Below are positions 24,001 to 36,000 of a DNA stretch of 64,000 nucleotides, in pieces. Source of the stretch: Lepidodermella squamata (Eukaryota > Animalia > Gastrotricha). Within the stretch, counting starts at the first letter, position 1, and each line of letters opens with the position of its first letter. Both the position numbers and the translations under genes were made by a program. Location: NCBI GenBank assembly GCA_047495785.1, contig JBLDXI010000025.1:930001-994000 (forward strand), in the 5' to 3' direction. The notes under the pieces are model-generated. The model was not told the origin of the DNA and did not search any database. It saw only the letters and a list, made by a program, of their open reading frames with translations.

Positions 24001-27000
24001 ATGTGCTCGAAAATTGAAAAGCATGGCTTGGGACAAGGCGAAAATGGCAAATGTTCATCGACTTCACCAACCCAATCACTTAACCTTTGATTACAACATG
24101 GTAGCCTGGATTTCCAGCTTTATTACCAAAAAACTGGGCCTGAAACCAAGAGCAGCTTTCCATAGCGATTACGTCGAACTTCGATCGCACGACGATGTTT
24201 TATGCGTTGTTACGGTGGCTCTTTCTGGGTCCTATCGTGATGACGTGTTTACCATCAAAAACCTGGATGAAGTTGCGCTTCGTTTGGGCCATCAGGTTGC
24301 AAAAATCGAAGATAAATCTATTATCTCTGAAATATTTCCTGGCCAGAAGAACTGTTCGAATTTTCCGCGAAAAATTCGGGGCTAAATTTAAACGAAACTA
24401 GTTTTTGATTTTGAAAAAATAAAAATATGGGCGCGAGATGGTTAAAATCGGTATTACGTTGTTGGCTATCTCAGTTCGTATTCCGTCAACTGAGTCTCGA
24501 CAATTCGGAAAACGACAACTCAGCCATGACAACTCAGCCTGCGACAACTCAGCCTTTAAAAATATTGTTTCAATTTGCGACATCTCGGCCCGCGACAACT
24601 CAGCCTTTTTCTAATTCTAATGATATCGCGACAACTCAGCCTACGACAACTCAGCCTTTATTCCATTATACGAAATTACTTAACTCTATTACCATGCGAG
24701 CGGAGCGAGCATGTGAGCCGGACTTTATAGTTTGAAGGCTGAGTTGTCGTAGGCTGAGTTGTCGCGATATCATTAGAATTAGAAAAAGGCTGAGTTGTCG
24801 CGGGCCGAGATGTCACAAATTGAAATAATATTTTTAAAGGCTGAGTTGTCGTGGCTGAGTTGTCAAGGACTCAAATGTCTGTGGACCTTTCAGCTATCAC
24901 AATATTCTCGCTATTTAGTAGCGTACTATTGTGAATTAGCTATTGCGTCGGCCGGCATCAAATTTATAAGCGTAAAATTATAGCCAGCTAATTTCATTTT
25001 AAAAAAATTAAAAATTTTAAAATTGATTACAATTAAAAACTCACCCGACAAAATCACTCGGCTTTTTCAGTACGACTTCGCCATTCGACAGCAGACCGAG
25101 ATCCCTCAAAATCTGGCCGTACAACTTGGCAACTGTGGTTTTTCCCGTACCAGGATTGCCCAGGAAAAGTCGATTCAACGTCACATTCCACAAGGGCAGT
25201 TGAAGTTGTTCACGCTCGAAATTCGTCTTCACGAGTTCCATCAACTGTTGAACAGACTGTTTCACCGAATTCAGACCAATCATGCTCTTTAATTCAAGCC
25301 AAGCGGCCGATGTTGACAGCGCATCGATCGGATCAGGGCCGAGTAGGTCTTGTTTCGTGATTAGAAAGTCGTTCACCGAAACAACGCCTTTCGACCTTTC
25401 ATCGGCTACTCGCGTTGCTTGGCGTTCGAGAACCTTCTGAAATTCGTTTTTCACAGCGCGAGCATTGCCAAAACCAACAGAATCGCGGCCCCGACCGATT
25501 CTCGTGACCAAAATCTAAAAAATATTTAGAAGATTGCAGTGGAGAACATGCGATAGTAATTTGTCAACTCTTTGAGCTAATTCGAGCATCAAAATATATT
25601 TTTTATATAAAAATAAAATCGAAAATATCTCCAATAAATGCTCATTTCGTTTTCGTGTATACTTTGTTCTGCCACATGTCGCACACACTGTTTTCGAGCA
25701 ACGTTTTAAGCAAAAATCACGAGCTAAGAGTGCAGGTCGAGAAAATACGCCCAGCTGATTTTGAGTGTGCTGTTTGCAACGATCTAATTCATCCTGAAAA
25801 TCGTTTTCGATGCTATGGTTGCAATGTTGCTGTTCACGGCTTTTGCACCGGCTTCAACAAAACTGTCCTGCGGACATTGGCGAAATGTAGCAGAATGTCC
25901 TTAGGTTTTCTGTGCTTCGGTTGTCGCTAATACTTAAGTATTATCATCCGCAGCTGTTGAACATGCTTCTTTCCATACCGCAATTCTAGCCACTGAATTG
26001 CTTTTGCAACGCTACGTTCGTGAAAGCTGCGATTCCTGTGGACGTCGACTTACGGCAGCAGGGACTGAAGCCTGGATGAGGACGTATAAATTGTCTATTC
26101 TGGGAGGCAAGACATCGTCATCAGCGGCTCAGCTGATCCGACAAGTGTCGAGCTCAATCTACGATCTACGGTAAGCTGCTACCGTTCTCACAACTTGGCA
26201 AAGGTTTGGATAAAAGCCTGCTGAAGCCAATAAGCCATCTGGCAAGCTGATGGAGCTGCACAAATTACGTTGGAAAAACCCGTATGGATTTCTGACAGCT
26301 CCCGATCTCCGGAAGAAAACATTGGGTCTAGTGATTGGTTTCGGATTTCGCCTTCTGTCGTGTTTCTCGCTCGATCGCCAAATCAACAGAATAATAGTTT
26401 GCGGAAATCGGCAAAAAGACAAAACAGCAAATCGAATGACCAAACATCAACAACAATTTATGGGCCCAGATGCCTTAACCTCGTCTGAGCGGTTAAATGG
26501 GACTAATTATTTATCAAGATTGGTCCTATGCTGCCATCTACATTCTTCAGGGTATGGATCTGCGGGAGGTGGTCGAGCCACTTCCCGCAGGGGCCGCTCC
26601 AGGCGCGCATCCAGCCACACGCATCCCCGAAGTCCCGAGTCTCGAGGATTTGGCCGTCGAAGCTGCACGAGCAACCGCCGCCGAACGGCAGGGCCGAGTC
26701 GAGCTCACCCTTCGCGAGGCAAACGCTGCCGTCGTCGCTCATCCCGATGAATCCGCGCTGCTCGTGATACCCAGGGCTTTGCGATCAACGCCGCCGTTCG
26801 CTCTAAGCGAACTCGCGAGCAAGAACTCGCCGACAAACGTGGTTGGCCGCTTCGATTCTAGTCCGCCTAGTAGGACCAGCTTACTAGTACTACATCACAA
26901 GAGCGGCTGGTGATGATCCTCGCGCTATATTGGCGGCGCTCAAGGCCGAACGGACCTCGGCTGCCACCGAGTCGAGGCTCCTAGCTCGTTTTCACAGCTT

Positions 27001-30000
27001 TGCCATGGCCCCGGGGCCACACGAAATAATAAATCGAATAAATGGCCGAAGTCTGCAAACAAGAAATTCGGGTACGCAACTCTCCGCAAAACGGCTCATT
27101 CCATGTATGACACGATGGTGATGAACGTGGCGACCCTGCAAGACCTTTTTCGCACTGGTGCTCAGCAGTCAGCTCAGGTGAGTCTTGCTAAAACCCAACA
27201 CTGCACGGAAAATGACCGTCGTTGAAGGCAAGCGCAAGCGTTGCAACAAAAGCGGCCGAGGCAGGCATTGCCGGTGCCAGCCGTGTGACCCGGAAAATGC
27301 CGGTGCAATTACTTTGGAGTCATCTCTCGGTAAAAGAACAATTTACTACTTTGAAAAACAAGGGGGAAATGGAGCCAAATTGCATCGCCTACGCATCATA
27401 CTTTCACCAGTGGTTAAATCAATTCTTGCCTGGAAAAAGATTGTTTTGAACCTCTTTTACGATATTCATTGCAATATAATGCATAATTCGGAACCTTGAT
27501 TGCTCAGAGGACTAATTTTTTGGCGAAATTGCTCAATGAATTAGTTTAAAGAGCAATGACCAAGGTTATTGGCGCGATTGCTCAATAACCTATTCCAATA
27601 GCTATTGACCTAAATTGCGTAATGAACTACGACACCAAAATCGTGATTACGAATTATGATATGAGATGAGTGAATTTAAATTTGAAGTTTGAGAACAAAT
27701 ATTTGATTCTTTGCATTTTAGCGGTTTTGGGGGTAGAACTATATTTTTGTTACAGGATATCGATGTAACCTGTGCTCAACAAGGGCTCAACGGAGACATA
27801 AGATGAATATCAAAATTTCCATCGATTGATTTGATTTTTTTCTCTTACCTTGACCCATTGGCCGTTTAGTCCTTTCTCGAATTCGAACGGCTGAAGGCCC
27901 TGATTATCTTTCGCAGTTTTCTTGAAAATCTCATGCAACTGCGCGTCGGAGTAGTCCTCGAAAATGAAGTTGTACGGAAACCGACTCGGCAGCCCCTCGT
28001 TGTACTCCATCAATTTCTCGATTTTATTCTGATAACCAGCAAAAGCGACTACGAGTTTCCCAATATTATTCTCAACCTCCGTCAACAGGTGATCCATGAC
28101 ATGCCGACCAGTCAGCTCGGTTTTCGGGTCGAGTTGATACGCCTCGTCGATGAACAACAACCCACCGCCTTCTTTGTAAATTTCATCGAGCAATTTATTC
28201 AGCCCATCAACGCCCTCGTGGACCAGTTTAGCCCCAGTCGTTTCGACAAATTTCGACCCGGACAACGCGTCGAGGTCGGCCAGAAATTCGGCGTAAATTC
28301 TCGCGACAGTCGTCTTGCCTGTTCCTGGATTGCCGCACAGGCAGATATTCAGCCGCTTGTCGGTCAGCGGACGGCCTTGCCGCTTCGCCAAATTGATCGA
28401 GTGGTAAATATTCCAGAAGGTCTCCTTAATTTCACCGAGACCACTCAGTTTCAGCAGCTTCTCGAAACCTTCATTCTTCACTTTTCCGCCGGATTTTCGC
28501 TTCTCTTCGTCCCAAAATTGAGCGATTTTTTCGGCTAAATCAAGTTGTTTAGCAGGGGTTGATACAAAGGCAGTTTTTCGTTGTTGATCGAGCAGATATT
28601 CGATAATTTTCACGATTTCGTTGCTGAATTCGCCGGCTTGATAAGCCAAGAACGTCAATCCAGCGGCATAGCCAATCGACTTGAAAGACTGATTTTTCAT
28701 GAAAGAAAAAATTAGGCAGGATGCGAATGAAAATATCATCGGGTGGCAGTTTGATGCGAATTTCGGTGGATTTTCGGTGATTTCTTGCTCTAATGAGGCG
28801 TCGTGCAGTTGCGAACGGCAAGCCAGGCAAAGTAGGGCTTTCTCGCCAACTGATTTTTCATCCAATTTTTCGAAGAACTTCAACGCGTCCATCCACTTGT
28901 TCTCCGAAATTAATTCCAAACCGCGGCGGAGAGCTTTGGGCAGGGGCGATTTTTCGGCGGAAAATATTTGTGACGCCAAATTTTCATCAAAGCTGAAGAA
29001 TTTGGTGAGAATCGCATTATCCGACCTAAAGTTATAAGAAATATTATAAAATTGTGAATGAACTGAAACAAATTCTCACAGCTACTTCAACTTATTAACT
29101 TTATTTTGAAAATTTTATATAGTATTTTGTGATATGGTAAATTTGATTCTACCAAGTTGATTTTTCATCTTTATTGACTCTACTTTCCCTGTTTAGGAGA
29201 CTCTTCCTGCCAAGTTTCATTGCCGAAACTCCCGTAGGCATGGCACTTTCCCATCCAGTCAACTAGGAGTCGCAGCTATCCAAAGTCAAGATGCAACTGG
29301 TGAAGGAAACCCTGAGTAATTTGAAAGCTGGGTTCACCGCTTTTCACGATTTTCGAAATCCCCAAGCTCACAACTCTCCGCAAATTCAAGCTTGAAGACA
29401 GATTCAGAGCTGGCAAGTCTGTACTTTTCGTTCCTCGATTACACCATTTCGCTGGATTGGTGGAGAGGATTCCAAGTCTCCTGAAATAGAGCTTCGAACC
29501 GCCAAAGACTCATCAGCGACTCAGAACAATTTTGTATAATTAAGCTGGGCCTGCCTCTTCAACGTCTCATGTAATTTTTATATTATTCGACTTCCGATAT
29601 TATTTATAGGCATGGCATGGCATGGCATTCGGGCCTAAATTAGGCCTAAAACGGCACGACTGGATAGTAGCTATTGTCCTCGGCTGCGCAATCGTTACGT
29701 CAAATCGAACAGGCACGTTTTGCGGCGCTACAATCTCTGAGTGGGAAAACCGGACAACTGCCACCGCTGCTGGTATCATTCAGGGTGAGAGCTGCCATAG
29801 CCATCGCCAACAAGGAAGGATTCAAACCTGATTTCGTTGCGTTCTGCATCGCATGTCACCCGGAAGCAGGTCTCCGCTGCGAACAGTCACAATGCTTGGC
29901 GATGGCGCCTGATTTTTCAGAATGCTATCTTTCTTTCGGGGGTTATGGTACCCAGTAATTGGCCATTGGTAGCCGCTGCTCAATCTCCAACTGCCGAAAC

Positions 30001-33000
30001 AAAAACCGGTAAATCTCCCGCCTCTTCGGCGAAAATCACCTCCCAATTTGATGATTCTGAGACAGTTTTTAAAAAATATTCAGCAAATTTGATAAAAAAC
30101 GGAAATCAGGAAGCTGCCGAACATCTTCGAACCTCGAGTCGATTACCGATGGCCCAAACAAAGAAAATGACTTTGAAACTCAAACTGTGATTAAGATTTC
30201 AAATAATCAGCCCAAAAAATCGTCAAAAAATCGGCCCAAAATTCTCAAAAAAATCAACAAGATCAATGAGTAGAAAAATTATGAAATTTTCTCTCCCATT
30301 TCATTTACCAATATTAAATTTTCTTAAGCGCCTACTTAAGCGCATCCATTCATCAATACCGCCATTCACAATTTTATTTGCTATTTTACCAACTAATGGT
30401 TAATTACGTTGCCCATCTTCCATCCCAGCTCTTTACAAACCTGACTTTCCGCCCTCTTTAACCTACTGTGCTTATTGTTAATTAGAACTTATTTTACCTA
30501 TGTTATTGTATCGGCAAGTTGCATCGGTCCGCACACCTTCACCGTACCTGCCTACTGCGCGATCGGTATTTTGATGTTTACTATCAATATTCTCGGTTTG
30601 AAATTACCAGTTTCACATAACAGTTACTCTTGCCGCTATCATAATTATAGCGCCTCCCGGCTGACCGCTTCGCCTTAATACGAACCCGGTATGCAACCTC
30701 CCCCTCTAATATTTGACCTGCCTTTCTTACACATAGTATCATTTTCAGGGCCTTGGTTTCACCTGAAATAAAAGGCCTCTATCGCCAACGACCCGTTGTG
30801 CCTTTTTGGTCTCACTGTTACAGGTTTTCTCGCCGAACTGTCCGGCAGCGTGTGGTATTTTGCGACAACCAAGCGTGCGTGATGCTGGTAAACGACGCGA
30901 GCAAGCGCCCGAAACACGCACGTATAAGACTATTCTCCATCCGTGAATTAGTGAAATAGGATATATCGGTTGTTGTGAAATGGATGTCCACCTAGGAGAT
31001 GTTGGCTGGACTGTTTACGAAGCCACTGCCTGTCCATACCTTCGCCAAATTGCGGGGTATGATCGGTATCAATTGATATATCGATGGGGTGGCGTAAGGT
31101 TAGCCGAAGTGGAAGTGACGTAATATACATTTGAGAAAACATGTATATAACTGTGTGAAGGTTAAATGAAAGACGCGCCGGGTGCGCGAGTAGGAAAATA
31201 TGGGGTCGTGGATGGGAAAGGCCTCTTTGCCGCCAGACTCTAGATATTTAACAGTAAATTCACCGTTTGTTTTTCCAGCTGTTTCCAGCAAAATTTTGCC
31301 GATATGGGGAACTCAAAAAAACCTAATAGAATTTTGTTAGTAACTTCCTAATCCGATCCGATTTCAATAGTAGTTAGGAATTTTTACGATCCCACGCGAT
31401 AAAAAAAGAATAAAAAATAAGGTAAATTGAACGTACTTCACTTCTTTGACCTGATCTGCAAGTTCCTTTGCCACAAATGAAACCAGGTCTTCAGAATGAG
31501 AAATCTGGGCACTATCCGAAGAATCAGGCTCATCTTTAGCGTCTTCAACCGATTGATTTTCTGTTGATTTTGCACAATTTTTATCCTCAATTTTTTCGGG
31601 GACTTTCGCAGGGCCATTCACAGGGCTAGAAGTTCGATTGTCGTTGGAAGACTTGGCAGCATTCGCCATTATTTGCTGCTTTTTAGCCGCAAACTGGTCG
31701 TTCAGTTCTTTCGCTTTTTCCTGCAATTTTTTCTGAGTTTCCGCTTGTTTTTGAGCCACCTCGATCGCGGTAATTTTTTGCTGATTGTCAAGCTTCATTT
31801 TCTGAATCTCAGCCTTTTCGTCCAAGTCGAGCTGTTTCAACTTGTCCTGCTCTTCTTGCAATTTCCGCTGTTTCTCAGCCAATTCCTGCTGATGGGCCGC
31901 GTTTTTCCTCGCCAGTTCAGCCGCGTTCTTTTTCGCTAATTCGTCTTTCTTCGCAATCGCAATACAGGCTTTGCAATTTCGATCTAAATCGAGTTTCGAA
32001 CCGCATTTCAGCATCATCGAATGGCCTTTCGAGCAGAAGAACTCTTCGAAAGCCGAACAAGGCACTAGGTCGTGATCACGCGGGATTCGGTGGCAGGTTT
32101 TCGAGCACGTATGCTTGCCGCATTTGAGAATTTTCCCGCACGGAGCGTCGCAACCGCCGTCCGAAGTTTCAACATCGAACGAGCTTGGTTTAGCCAGGCA
32201 GTTGGTTCGATTATGAATCGGGCAATGGGCCATGAAGCCCGGTTGAATCGCGTCTTGTTGTTTGAACAACTCAATGACTTTGCACCACAACTCGCGGCCT
32301 TTTGCAGATCGCGCGTTTTCGAATGTTCGCATGTTACCGATTAGGATGAGCCCATTTCGAGCTCGACTCAGCAGGACGTTGACTCGTTCTGGCTGGCCGA
32401 CGAATCCAATATCGCCGGTTGGGTTACTGCGGACCAGCGATGCAATCACAATATCAGCTTCTTCGCCTAAATTAAACAAAAAATAAGAGGATTGCGAAAA
32501 TCCAAAATTTTGAAGAAATCTCAAGATTATCTTTGCAAATTGAGACCATCAATTATTTTGAAGGGTCGAAAATTTGCACCACTAAAATGAGGCTCCACTG
32601 CAAAAAAAATCGTCACGTAACTAAATATTTTAAAAATTCCTTGATACACAAGATCTCGGACTCTCCATCGATTCAGTATGACTAATCTTGTTCAGCAAAC
32701 AAATACCCTCCGTATAACATTTGCAGATCATTCAAATCTCATATATTGCGCCTTCTCAGTCAATTCTGAGGCAAGCGGTTGTTAATAACAGCAACAGTAT
32801 CTGATAAAAATCGTTGCGAATTCTACGATAATCGAGCTCTATCTACTTCATTTTAGATTTTTCAATGGCGAACCAATTCAGCTCTAAGCAATTAAAACAG
32901 CACGCTGTAAAACTCACGGGTGTGTTGGAGCACTGGAATTATCCTAACAGATTACTTCGAGACGACGACTACTATGAAGAAGGCCGTGATTTTCGCGAAG

Positions 33001-36000
33001 CGAAAAATCTTTCCAGCCATGCAAGGAAGAAAACACATGCTGACATCTTACGTTATCAATGTAACAACTTTCCTCAAAAAGGCGGCTAAGAAAAATTGTA
33101 CTGGCAAATTTCTACGACACGATCCTTGTTCATCAACCTGGGCTCCCAGGCATTGTCGAGGTCATCGATCAACGGAAAAACTCGAAATGTCCAAAAGGAT
33201 AGCACACGACTTCCGGATGTTCAGAAAGAAACATTTGTGATGCCTGATATCAAAGGGTCATGAAGCGGTAGTCCAAAAATTGTGGGTTCTGGTATTTTCG
33301 CTCAGAGCTGGTATCGTCTCTTCGAACAGGACCGGTACCCTCTGTGGCGCGACGATTTCGGAATGGGAAAATCGGCATGTGGACAGGAATAGTTTCCCAA
33401 GGCACGTCTTAAATTCGTCAATGCGTAGCCTACTACGGCACGTGCGGAAATTTTGCTCTGAGCTGAGCGAACCAAAAATGCATGCAGATATTAAATAATC
33501 TGCGATTCACGATGATTTTTGTGGTAGCGTTCCTTATTATTCTTAATTTCCTTAATTTATAATAAGACGACCTAGCTAAAAGCTAATAATCAACAATTTT
33601 TAGAGTTTCGAGATTGAAAGACGGAAGTCTTCGCTGCATAAGCCTCTCTCAAAGGGAAGCCTACTTTTCCCATATTTCGAGGTATCAGTTTTGTTCAAGC
33701 CCGGGTTGGTTCTACGGTAAGTTAAGTCTGCACTACTAAAACTTCCACTACTTCAACATCAATGCCGTTTTAATTTTTGAATACTAATATTAATCTTCTT
33801 CATTTTTATACTGGTTGCTACATCGATTTCGATATTGATCAGTCAATTTTTTTTTATGATTCTTCAATTTTAAATTCTTTCGTAGCCTTAAAATTTTAAA
33901 TTTTCTGAGCTCTGCTCTTCTGTGCGTTTTGGCTCCTTAAATAAATAGAAGAATAAATAACAATCGCAGTAAAAAGTTATTTTCATATCGATACAAATAT
34001 TAGCTGGAAAATGCTTATAGCATTTACCTTCAAATTTTGCCATTTTCCATATTTATAAAAGCTTTTTTCTAAAATTACCTTGATAATTATCGATAGTTGA
34101 AACTCGAATAACAGGCAGCTTGTTTTTCGGCGTGATCGACGGCAAATTACGAGAAGAATCCAAGCCGAATCGATTCAAATCAGCCGCATCAAGTTCCGAT
34201 AACACCACTTCACAAACTTTGGCCAGTCCTTGCCTCAGCGCGTGAAGTTGGGCCAAATACGGCGTCAGAACCACCAAATCCTTGCCGTCATAGCCCTGTC
34301 GCAGCAAATACTCGGCGATTTTCGCAACCATCGCAACTTCATGCGGGTTGATTTTCGACAGCGTGTCATCACCAATTTGCTTATCGATCGAATCGTCACT
34401 GCCCTCAGGCTCATCGTGGTTGATGAACATGACATTTCGACTGACACCTTGAATATCCGGGCGATTTTTCGTGGAATCCGCATCTTCCAGTAACGGATAG
34501 GTCATATTTCGGACGAACGCCGAAATTTCAGGCCGCATTCTATGTTGAACTTTCAGCGTGACATGCGGAAAATCTTTCAGGGCGAGTCGCTCGAAAAGCG
34601 ACCGGTTGAATTTGAACGGTCCAGACGACTCGACAGTCAGTGAATAATTGTTCAATTTCGGCCGCAGTTGCTTGTGATCGCCGATCATTATCAAATGCTT
34701 GCAGTTAGCGGACATGCTAGTAATGACGTGGGGTTCAAGGATTTCGCCGGCTTCTTCCATGAGCAGCACCCCGGCGTTGACTGCATCGAGTTTGCTCGAG
34801 TACTTCGCGGCGCCTGTTGTCGTACAGCCGATTATTCGTTTTGATTTCAGCAGGCGAATCTCCTCTACCTGGTTCAATTCACTGAGCTCATTGACCAATT
34901 CGTCGTATCTAAAAAGAATGAAGAAATAAAAGATTCAGTGCTGCTAGCAAACCCTTCCGAGAACAAATTGAAAACTTGAAGTAGTCGAACAAGAATCTCG
35001 AAATAATCATTTAAAGCCCCGCGTAATGGAGCTATCAAAATAGCTCAGGGCTAACTTGATTTTACGTCCTCCTCAAGGGCAATCTGCTGAAACCCTTAAA
35101 TATGTATATTCGCCCTCTGCTTGAGTACTGCTCTAGCGTTTGGTCGCCTCATTTAACAGAAAACATTGTTGCGTTTGAAAAGGTGCAGTTCTACTTCACG
35201 TAAAGGTGGTAGCCATCCTTCGCCATATTTATAATTGGCCTTGTTGGGGATCCTTTGTCAACAACTATTCGCCTCAACCGTTTGAGAAGAGTTTCGATAT
35301 CGACGCTATACTTCAACCGTATGTCGTGCCGGCATCCATCATGCAATTTGTTGGCGAACCTGCAATCGCTGCCTATCTTAGGTACGCTGATGCTCGTCTG
35401 ATCCCAGCTATATCCAATGATGAACGTGACGGGCCTATCTTATATCAACGCTGTGACCTTCATCCAAACCTTGATGCTCCGCAACGCTGTTTCGAATGTT
35501 TTGAGCGAATGCGACCTATGAATCCTCACGTTGACCTAGCCTATCCATCTCAGTTCTATAAGAACTATATCCCTATATACGTGGGGATGAAACCGTCCTA
35601 GACATCGGCGGAGATGGACGAATTCAAAGTCGCCTGTCGTCAAGAGCATTGAAGGAAAAAATCTTTACAGTCAATCCTGATAGTGCACTTCGTCTCAAAA
35701 TTCCTGTTAATTTCACTAACCAACGCTTCGAGACCTACAAACGTCTGCATACGCTCGGATTCCTTTCCCATGCTGGCTACTACCTTAACGCCAATGAGTT
35801 GGCCAAGCTGGCTAAATTCAGAGCACTTATCCAGATTCACCACACAACCAACGAACCTTTTTCTTGCGAAGGTGGAGAGAATGAAAATTCTTCCCGGTGG
35901 CGATATTCAAATGGTGCTCAAAGAACGTAATAACGAGGTCACAGTTTACACACACCGTCCTTTCACGCAGGCGATTCCTGATGGACACGTTCTCCTCTAC

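Noticed and set aside
24492-24872. CRISPR-like array
   Set aside because: Units are ~12 bp, irregularly spaced and arranged as a palindrome; no cas genes; eukaryotic context.
27933-28538. 201-aa plus-strand ORF and similar opposite-strand ORFs over the helicase exons
   Set aside because: Antisense shadows of real coding exons, with no motifs of their own.
21011-29025. Separate bacterial/plastid cbbX (Rubisco activase) or spoVK genes
   Set aside because: The three ORFs are bounded by splice sites, join in phase to the helicase exons, and no Rubisco or operon context exists.
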